The translations under genes and the position numbers were made by a program. Shown piece by piece: positions 47,524 to 55,184 of a stretch of DNA of 64,000 nt. The notes below the pieces were generated by a model, which was given only the letters and a program-made list of their open reading frames with translations, made no database searches and was not told the origin of the DNA. This DNA is from SAR202 cluster bacterium. Lineage in GTDB: Bacteria > Chloroflexota > Dehalococcoidia > Lucifugimonadales > UBA826. The stretch spans positions 18,047 through 82,046 of the forward strand of contig RQOP01000051.1 of assembly GCA_008373095.1 (NCBI GenBank), written 5' to 3'. Each line of letters opens with the position of its first letter. The stretch's first letter is position 1.

Positions 47524-48809
47524 AGCGTAGGATAGGAAAAATTATTACGAGGCCTGGGTTAGGTTATGGCGATTCTGACATTGAAATTCCAATAGCTCAA
47601 GATCTTCTTAAAGTTGAAGGGATACCACAAAGAGACGCCGAAGTGTCCTATTACAGCAGAGAGTTTCCTCTGGAAAGTTTCGCGTTGGAGCATAGCGCAT
47701 CAGCGGAATGGGCCCAAACTGAAAGATCTGAGCACACACCGGCAACGGAAGAACTATACCGTGATTACCAAAAAAAGATGGCCCCATGGATTGAAAAGAT
47801 AAAACGGTCTGGAGATAAAACCCCAAAACCACCTGTAGATATAGGCGATCATACGGAGGACATACGGGATAAGGCAAGGCAGCTTGGATATGGGGAAATT
47901 GGGTTTACAAAGTTTGACAGAAGGTATGTCTATCAGAGTCGTAAAGAGTTTGTAAGAACTGATCTTCCTAATGCAATATGCCTTGCGTATGAACAAGGAT
48001 ACGTAGAAACCCAAGATATGCCTTCTTATGTGTCTGAAATCGCTCAGGGTGATGCATACATGTCTCAGGCGGAGCTATCCTTGAAACTTGTTGAATTCAT
48101 AAATGAAATGGGGTTTAGTGCACAGATATCGGGCCCAGCTTGGCATTTTGGTCCCATGATTCCAATGTTTGTTGAAGCTGGATTAGGGCAGTTGGGGGTG
48201 AACGGACAATTGCTTTCGCCACATTTTGGTTCACGCGCTAGGTTGCAGGTGATAATAACCAATGCTCCAATTAAATATGATTCTGCGGAAGATTATGGCA
48301 TATATAAATTTTGCGAGCTTTGCCAAGTTTGTTTCATGAGGTGCCCAGGTAAGGCGATCCAGGCTCAGAGAGTTTGGTTCAGAGGAGTAGAAAAAAATAA
48401 ACTAATTGCCAAACGCTGTAGGCCTGTGATGGCTCGATATTCAGGTTGCGGTATATGTATGAAAGTTTGTCCGATTCAAAAATACGGTATGAAACCAGTG
48501 ATGGAACATTATGTTGAAACAGGTGAGGTGTTGGGTAAAGGTACCGATGATCTTGAATCCTATGAGCTTGAAAACAAAGGATATTTTAGGAGCGGCAAAG
48601 TGCCTGTTTTTGATAGAGATTTCTTTGATATGCCTGAAGGAAGGTTGGAACATAATTTGTTGGAAAAATTGAGGAGTGATCTTAATGATTCAACGAGTCT
48701 CGATGATAAATACGAACATAAGTTACTTTTGGAATTTAAGGACCGCTTAGATACCTCATCTGAAAATAAAGGTAAGGTAGTAGACATGGGGATGGATATG
48801 GAATTTTAG
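47517..48809 (+). CDS. reductive dehalogenase / epoxyqueuosine reductase (RdhA/QueG)-superfamily Fe-S protein
   Basis: EAGLGQLGVNGQLLSPHFGSRARLQVIITN is followed by CELCQVCFMRCP and CGICMKVCP cluster motifs. The start is unresolved: the track TTG overlaps the divergent gene's start, and the first in-frame ATG is at 47778. Confidence 0.6.
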   Translation: MAKRRIGKIITRPGLGYGDSDIEIPIAQDLLKVEGIPQRDAEVSYYSREFPLESFALEHSASAEWAQTERSEHTPATEELYRDYQKKMAPWIEKIKRSGDKTPKPPVDIGDHTEDIRDKARQLGYGEIGFTKFDRRYVYQSRKEFVRTDLPNAICLAYEQGYVETQDMPSYVSEIAQGDAYMSQAELSLKLVEFINEMGFSAQISGPAWHFGPMIPMFVEAGLGQLGVNGQLLSPHFGSRARLQVIITNAPIKYDSAEDYGIYKFCELCQVCFMRCPGKAIQAQRVWFRGVEKNKLIAKRCRPVMARYSGCGICMKVCPIQKYGMKPVMEHYVETGEVLGKGTDDLESYELENKGYFRSGKVPVFDRDFFDMPEGRLEHNLLEKLRSDLNDSTSLDDKYEHKLLLEFKDRLDTSSENKGKVVDMGMDMEF

Positions 48810-48908
48810 TCTCAAGTTCGTCTTGTGAATTATTGACCCGTGGTTTCAATTTGTGGTAGCTTGAGCCCATATAAAAATGGACACCGCAACTTCGATAAGG
48901 AGGGTAAC

Positions 48909-49184
48909 ATGGCAGGTGAAGGAAAATTTGAGGTAGAAATTATTTACTGTGTGCCTTGATCACATCACAGTATGGCGGCCTGGATGGCCAACGAGTTTTT
49001 CGCAGAAGCAGGTAATGATATTGCAATAAGAATCACCCCGGGTACCGGTGGGATTTATCAGGTATTTGCTGACGGTGAAAAGATATACGATAAGGCAGAA
49101 GAGGATGGCGTATTTCCTAATTTGCCGAGAGTCAAGGAACTGAGAGCTATTATTAGGGAAAAATTAACGGCTCCGGTGGCTTAG
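48909..49184 (+). CDS. SelW/Rdx-family selenoprotein (Sec encoded by TGA at 48957-48959)
   Basis: ATG at 48909 lies 5 nt after the SD AAGGAGGG. The in-frame TGA gives IIYCVPU (CxxU). The frame is the same as the track ORF 48972..49184. GGIYQVFADGEKIY matches the Rdx pattern. Confidence 0.75.
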
Positions 49185-49209
49185 ATACAAATAGTATTTC
49201 ATTTTAAAG

Positions 49210-49253
49210 AACCCTGGGTGGGATTTCGATCAAACCCGGGGTTTTCTTTTTTT
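49210..49253 (+). terminator. rho-independent terminator after the selenoprotein gene
   Basis: AACCCTGGGT (49210-49219) pairs with ACCCGGGGTT (49234-49243), with one G:U pair. It is followed by TTCTTTTTTT. Confidence 0.75.
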
Positions 49254-49298
49254 GATGGATGGGATATGTGCAGGGTATGGAGATTATTTAGGTAATTT

Positions 49299-51587
49299 AT
49301 GCAAGTATTTGACGATATAAATGTAATTGACACGACGACCGGAAAGGCGGGCTCAATTTGTTCGATGTTTCTGGGTGATAATGGAGCTAGGATCATTAGG
49401 ATTCCTGTTGGTTCTAATTCCCTTGCTGACGATCCGGAGCTAGCAACGATACATAGAGGTAAAGAACTCCTGAATCTTGATTTAGATACCCAGTATGATT
49501 CGTTTATGAACTTTGTTCAAAAGTCGGACATCTTGATAGAAGACCTTTTACCTTCCGACCCACTTCAAGAAAAAATAGGATTTGAAGCTCTACGCAAAAA
49601 CAATCCTCAATTAATACATTGTTCGATCACTTCTTATGGGAACAAAGGGCCGCTAAAGAATGGATTCCCGATAGCGGACCTAATAAAGGCCAGAACGGGT
49701 ATTTTAGATAGTATGCCAGGGTTTGAAGAAGGATCTACTCATGTAGCCCACCCGCTGATAGAGGTGGGAGCGGGCCTACTGGCGACTCTTGGCCTTACAG
49801 CGGGCTTGTTTCAGCGTTTAAGTACTCACTCAGGCTTAAAAATAAATACTTCTTTGATGGCTGCTGGGCTTTTGTATATGCCCAAAGCTATTGGTGAAAG
49901 AATAAACCCTAGGCCTGTTAAAGCTACTCCTGTTGGAGGTGGACCCTTTTACAGTGTTTACGAGTGTGAGGATGGAGAGTGGATACAGTTGGGCTGTATC
50001 CATGCAGGTTTCGTAGATATAGCGGCTACCGTGATGGGTATAGCAGAGGTTATGACCGATCCAAAATTTGGTGATGGTCGAAGCCCGGTTAATGAAGAGG
50101 CCAGAGAGGAACTTTTCAACATAGTCAAAGAAGTAATGGAGACTAAATCATCCATTGAATGGGCTGAATTGTTTGAATCAGTTGATGTTCCCTTCGCGCA
50201 TGCAGAAAGCGCTGAGTCAGCCATGGATAATGAACAAGTTGTCCATAATGAAATGGTACAGCAGCTCAAAGATCCTATTTTTGGCCAAATGCTTCAGTAT
50301 GGATTACCAATAAAATTTTCCGAAACGCCTGGTTCAATTAAGGGACCTCGTGAATTGGATTCAAAAAGTAATGTTACGTTTATGCAATCATCGAGTTGGG
50401 AGCATAAAGGTTCCCTTGATAGATCTACAGAGCTTCCCCTTGAGGGAATTAAAGTGGCGGATATTACCAATGTCATAGCGGGCCCTACCATGGGGCGTCT
50501 TCTTGCTGATTTGGGAGCTGATGTATTAAAAATAGAACCTCCGTATGGAGATATATCTAGGCCGGCTGGCGGTCGCTATTTTCATGCATTGAATGCTAAC
50601 AAGAGATCAATATCGATTGACGCAAAAAATGAGATGGCCAAAAAAGCCTTGCAGGAAATTGTAGGGTCTTGTGACATTATGGTTGCGAATATGAGACCCG
50701 GTGCGACAGGCAGAATGGGGTTAGGCACAGAAACATTGAAAACATTAAATCCTAAAATGATAGAAGTTCATGTTACCGCATTTGGATGGGATGGACCTTT
50801 TGCCAAACGTCCTGGAGTTGATCCCTTGGCTCAAGCCTGGATGGGCCTCCAAGTGGCTCAAGGAGGAGAAGGGAACCCCCCATCTTTTCTTTCTCCGGTT
50901 GCACCAACTGACTACACAGGGGGTTGTTTGGGTGCCCTCGGGGCCGTTATGGCTCTTTACGCTAGAGAGAAAAATGGTATTGGACAGGTTGTTAATACTA
51001 ACTTACTCAATGCAGGCTGTTTACTTCTGGCTGGAGATTTCGCCCGCTATGAAAATAAGGTGCCTCGAAGACTTTCTGACAAACATCAAAATGGACTTAG
51101 TGATTTCCATCGTTTATATCAAACTCTTGATGGCTATATTTACGTCAGTGCAGAGCGCTCAGACTTAGCAGAGAGTTTTACTGGATTGCTAGGATTACAA
51201 AATTCTTTCAACAAAGGGAAAGAAAAGGAACATACTGAGTTAGGTAATCAAATTCAGGATGTCATAAAACTTAAAGAATCTGCCCATTGGGTTGAATTAA
51301 TGGGCTTAAGGAATATACCTTGTTCTATCTCCATAGAGAATTATGAACTTTCTTTTTTTCAGGATGAACAAGCTTTCCAAAACAATATGATTTCTAAAAG
51401 CGTGCTTGATGACGGGAGAGAGTATGCTTTTTCTCACAACCTTATCCAATTTCCGGAATTACCAATTCCTGTCATTAAACCGACTCCAATGTTGGGAGAA
51501 CACAGCATTGAAATACTTAGAGAGTTTGGAATAGAGGAATCCTTGATAGATTCAATGATTGAGACCGGATCTTTGATAACATCCTGA
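49299..51587 (+). CDS. tandem-fused family III (CaiB/BaiF) CoA-transferase, two complete modules
   Basis: Module 1 starts at INVIDTTTGKAGS. Module 2 starts at IKVADITNVIAGPTMGRLLADLGADVLKIEPP, around aa 385. Both are full length (about 375 aa each). Confidence 0.8.
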   Translation: MQVFDDINVIDTTTGKAGSICSMFLGDNGARIIRIPVGSNSLADDPELATIHRGKELLNLDLDTQYDSFMNFVQKSDILIEDLLPSDPLQEKIGFEALRKNNPQLIHCSITSYGNKGPLKNGFPIADLIKARTGILDSMPGFEEGSTHVAHPLIEVGAGLLATLGLTAGLFQRLSTHSGLKINTSLMAAGLLYMPKAIGERINPRPVKATPVGGGPFYSVYECEDGEWIQLGCIHAGFVDIAATVMGIAEVMTDPKFGDGRSPVNEEAREELFNIVKEVMETKSSIEWAELFESVDVPFAHAESAESAMDNEQVVHNEMVQQLKDPIFGQMLQYGLPIKFSETPGSIKGPRELDSKSNVTFMQSSSWEHKGSLDRSTELPLEGIKVADITNVIAGPTMGRLLADLGADVLKIEPPYGDISRPAGGRYFHALNANKRSISIDAKNEMAKKALQEIVGSCDIMVANMRPGATGRMGLGTETLKTLNPKMIEVHVTAFGWDGPFAKRPGVDPLAQAWMGLQVAQGGEGNPPSFLSPVAPTDYTGGCLGALGAVMALYAREKNGIGQVVNTNLLNAGCLLLAGDFARYENKVPRRLSDKHQNGLSDFHRLYQTLDGYIYVSAERSDLAESFTGLLGLQNSFNKGKEKEHTELGNQIQDVIKLKESAHWVELMGLRNIPCSISIENYELSFFQDEQAFQNNMISKSVLDDGREYAFSHNLIQFPELPIPVIKPTPMLGEHSIEILREFGIEESLIDSMIETGSLITS

Positions 51588-51605
51588 TCCAAAGAGATAT
51601 TCTGC

Positions 51606-54392
51606 ATGGATAGATTAAACGAGAGAAACGTTCGCTTATTGTCGCTTTTAAGTGGTTTTCTACTGATATATATCACTATTCAGATTTGGGATCATGGATT
51701 TTATATTTTTTCTGTACCAACCTTTCTCGTTGGGTGTCTAGCTACATTAATTGCTGTAAATGGAATCAACCATTGTATTTTCACTAGGTATGATGATTCT
51801 GGCTTTGACGGTGAAGTTTTCAATCTTAATGAGTCATCCTCAAAGATTTTATGGATAAGGGTTATTGAAAAAGTAGCTGCTGGTTTATTTTTAGTGGCTT
51901 CTACAGTTTTTGGAATAGTTGGAGTAGTGTTTTTTGATAAGTCCGAATTCGGATTGGGGTGGTTTTTTTACCTGCTGTCCATCTTGATGATTTTGTTGGT
52001 ACCTTTTTTGATTCGTGGCCTCAATATGGAAAGATCTAGGCAGCTGCGTAGTATTAAAGTAAGTTTTCCGTTGTTTGTTACATTATTTCTCACGGTCATA
52101 GTAATAATGGCTGTTTTTATTCGGATATATAACGTTTCAGAATTACCCGCTGGGCTTTGGTACGACGAGGCGGACAATATCGTGAGGGCTGGCCAGATCC
52201 ATGCATCACCATTTGACACACCAGTTTTTGTACCATCCACCCATCTCCCGTCTGCTTTTCTGATTCCCATAGCAATATTGCAGGAAATAACAGGATCATT
52301 GTGGTGGAATGGCAGGCTGGTGGCCATGGGGTTTTCTGTGTTTCTCGTCCTAGGGATGTTTTATTTTTCGAGAGAAGTTTTTGAAGCCAAATGGGGACTC
52401 GCTGCAGCCTTTTTAGCCTCGGTGATGAGTTGGAGCCTAAATTGGGGGCGTATAGGTATGCACGGGATAACTGCCGCGGCATTTTCTGCTTTTACCGGAT
52501 TCCTACTGTGGAAAAGCTTAATTAGATGGAGCCCTTTTTGGTTTTTTTGGACAGGATTTATTCTTGGCGTTGGGATGTGGTTTTACGCACCATTTCGTCT
52601 ATTTCCATTGGTTATATTAGTGAGTGTATTGTTAAGGCTGATTTCTGATTATCCAGGGTGGCGAAAGCTTCTTACCTGTCTTGTTGCTATGGGTGTTGCA
52701 ACAATAATTACTACGTCACCATTGATACATTATGCGTACACAAATTCAGACATATTTTTCAAACGTACTGACGAAACTTTCATAATGAATCATCTGTCCG
52801 GAGGCAATCCCGGTAGAGCGATATTGGAAAACTTTACAGAGCACATTTCAATGTTTCATATATCTGGAGATCCAAATCCCAGGCATAATTTGCCTTTAGA
52901 ACCAATGCTGGACGATGTGACTGGCTCTTTGTTAATAGTTGGGCTCATTATTGTTTTGGCAAAATGTCGGCAACCTCTTTACTTATTATTTGTGTTTTGG
53001 CTTTTCATTATGTTACTGCCTGGAATACTGTCAGTTCCCTGGGAATCTCCACAATCCCTTAGGTCAATAGGAGTCATCCCAGCGGTAATAATCATAGCTC
53101 TTTTTCCGGTGGTGCTATTTTGGAACTTATTGAAATCTCATTCCTATTTAATTATTAGGAGAATCGCTGTTTTCGCAATATTGTTTTTATTTGGATTTAT
53201 CGGTTATCTAAATCTGAGTATCTATTTTGGGAAACAGGCTGGTCATCCTGAAGTCTTTTCCGATTTTTCAACGTCTGAGACTATTATGGCTAAAGAGATG
53301 GTTAAACAGTCTCAGAATGCTTATACCCTCTACTCCTCGAGACAATTTCTTTACAGTCTTACAGCGTCAGTTGTTTCAGGTAATGTTCACTATGAGCCTT
53401 TGTTTGCACCAAGAGATTTGCCTATATCTCCTGAAAGAGTTCTAAATGGGGCTGCTATTTATCTCGAACCTCGAGATAGTGGAATGTACGAACTATTGGC
53501 AGAATATTACCCTTCAGCCAAATTTCGGGTAATCACTGCTCCGAATGGAAAGGATCCAATTCTCTATGAGGTTTTGATAAGTAAAGATCAATTGAAAAAT
53601 ACAACTGGTGTTGAGCTAACATTCCATCATGGAGATCTACTTGTTAAGAAGAAAAGGATAGACCTATTTTCCTCACAATGGGTCAAAGATCTTGCCGGGA
53701 TAGACTTTCCAGCTGAGTTTATGCTGGAAAGTAATTTACATGTTCGTCAATCGGGGAAATATCAATTTGAAGTGCTTGGGAAAGGACAACTGTATATCGA
53801 TGATCTTCCTTATTCTGAATTTGAAGACGGTATTAGATTAGGACCTGGACTGCATACTATTCGAGTGGAGGGAACTGCTTTAGCAGAATCTGGATTTTCT
53901 GAATTGCTATGGGGCGAATATGGAGGGACACTGGACCCTGTCCCGGCTTCCGTACTTTTTAGGGGACAAGTACGCCCAATAGGGCTGTCTGGTGTGATTT
54001 ACAAGGAATCTCAACCATTATCCTCTCATATTGGGATTACCCCAGATGCATTTTATTATGACCCACCATTCAAAGGAATTCACGAAGCTTATTGGTTTGG
54101 ATTACTAGAAGTATCGATTCCCAGTACATACCAATTCAATTTAATTGGGAATGACGAAATGGAACTGTATGTCAACGGAGTTTTAGTGTCTGTGGCAGGA
54201 AATGAGTTTTCAGCAAAGGAGGGTTCGAAAATAGATCTCAGTAAGGGGGAAGCTCGTATAGAGGTGCGATACATTTCCTCAGGGGAGGCGCCAAGCTTTA
54301 AGATATTTTGGACCTCAGAAACCATTAATAATGAACAATTAATTCCGGTTGGTTTGATTGAACCGGATTATTCTTTTATGAAGGTGCCTTAA
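51606..54392 (+). CDS. GT-C (ArnT/PMT-like) membrane glycosyltransferase with two C-terminal PA14-like modules
   Basis: At least 12 TM segments, with the LPAGLWYDEADN first-loop motif. The C-terminal modules show SGKYQFEVLGKGQLYIDD and STYQFNLIGNDEMELYVNG. Confidence 0.7.
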   Translation: MDRLNERNVRLLSLLSGFLLIYITIQIWDHGFYIFSVPTFLVGCLATLIAVNGINHCIFTRYDDSGFDGEVFNLNESSSKILWIRVIEKVAAGLFLVASTVFGIVGVVFFDKSEFGLGWFFYLLSILMILLVPFLIRGLNMERSRQLRSIKVSFPLFVTLFLTVIVIMAVFIRIYNVSELPAGLWYDEADNIVRAGQIHASPFDTPVFVPSTHLPSAFLIPIAILQEITGSLWWNGRLVAMGFSVFLVLGMFYFSREVFEAKWGLAAAFLASVMSWSLNWGRIGMHGITAAAFSAFTGFLLWKSLIRWSPFWFFWTGFILGVGMWFYAPFRLFPLVILVSVLLRLISDYPGWRKLLTCLVAMGVATIITTSPLIHYAYTNSDIFFKRTDETFIMNHLSGGNPGRAILENFTEHISMFHISGDPNPRHNLPLEPMLDDVTGSLLIVGLIIVLAKCRQPLYLLFVFWLFIMLLPGILSVPWESPQSLRSIGVIPAVIIIALFPVVLFWNLLKSHSYLIIRRIAVFAILFLFGFIGYLNLSIYFGKQAGHPEVFSDFSTSETIMAKEMVKQSQNAYTLYSSRQFLYSLTASVVSGNVHYEPLFAPRDLPISPERVLNGAAIYLEPRDSGMYELLAEYYPSAKFRVITAPNGKDPILYEVLISKDQLKNTTGVELTFHHGDLLVKKKRIDLFSSQWVKDLAGIDFPAEFMLESNLHVRQSGKYQFEVLGKGQLYIDDLPYSEFEDGIRLGPGLHTIRVEGTALAESGFSELLWGEYGGTLDPVPASVLFRGQVRPIGLSGVIYKESQPLSSHIGITPDAFYYDPPFKGIHEAYWFGLLEVSIPSTYQFNLIGNDEMELYVNGVLVSVAGNEFSAKEGSKIDLSKGEARIEVRYISSGEAPSFKIFWTSETINNEQLIPVGLIEPDYSFMKVP

Positions 54393-54397
54393 TTTAT

Positions 54398-55138
54398 ATG
54401 GGGGCCTTGCTTGTAGATATTTTGCTTACGGCTCTAGCCATATTTGTTGGGAGCCTTGTTCTAGTAACGGCGGGATTTGGCATTGCTATTGGTTCTTCTC
54501 CCATCATGTTGCTCACTGTAGACCCGCAATCTACGGTTATCGTAATTAATACCGTATCACTATTGATATTTGTTCTTATGATCTACCAGAACAAAAATCA
54601 TATAAATTATAGGGAAATGACGGTTCCGGTAATTTTTGGATTGATAGGGGTGCCTGTAGGGATATATATTCTTGCTAACTCTAATGCCGCCGCTCTCAGA
54701 GTTTCCATTGCCTTGTTAATAATATTTTTGGGGATATTACTCGCATTTAATCCGTCTATATCAGCAATTAGGCATAAATATACTCTGTGGGGCGCAGCTT
54801 TTTTGGTTAGCGTAATGATTACCTCAACAGGAATCGGTGGTCCAATAATGGCAGTCGCAGTTCTCGCTCGAAACTGGGATAGAGATTCCATTCGTGGGTC
54901 CCTTCCATATTATTATATTTTTATAGAAACTGCGGCAGTAATAGGCTATGTGATAACCGATTTATTTGATTCGGAAAGACTGATATTGACAGGTATAAGC
55001 GTTTTCCCCGCCTTGCTAGGTTTCTGGCTTGCTTCTATTCTAGTTAACAAAATTAATCAGACCTACTATCGGAACTTGATCCTAGGTATAGTTATATGTG
55101 CTGGTACAGCCATTTTGGTCAAAGAGATTTTCATTTGA
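54398..55138 (+). CDS. TauE/SafE-family anion exporter
   Basis: 246 aa and 7-8 TM segments, with a Gly-rich internally repeated architecture. Confidence 0.6.
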   Translation: MGALLVDILLTALAIFVGSLVLVTAGFGIAIGSSPIMLLTVDPQSTVIVINTVSLLIFVLMIYQNKNHINYREMTVPVIFGLIGVPVGIYILANSNAAALRVSIALLIIFLGILLAFNPSISAIRHKYTLWGAAFLVSVMITSTGIGGPIMAVAVLARNWDRDSIRGSLPYYYIFIETAAVIGYVITDLFDSERLILTGISVFPALLGFWLASILVNKINQTYYRNLILGIVICAGTAILVKEIFI

Positions 55139-55184
55139 ACCAAATTTAAATGTATCAATTCATGGAATTTTTTCAGGTGAATAA

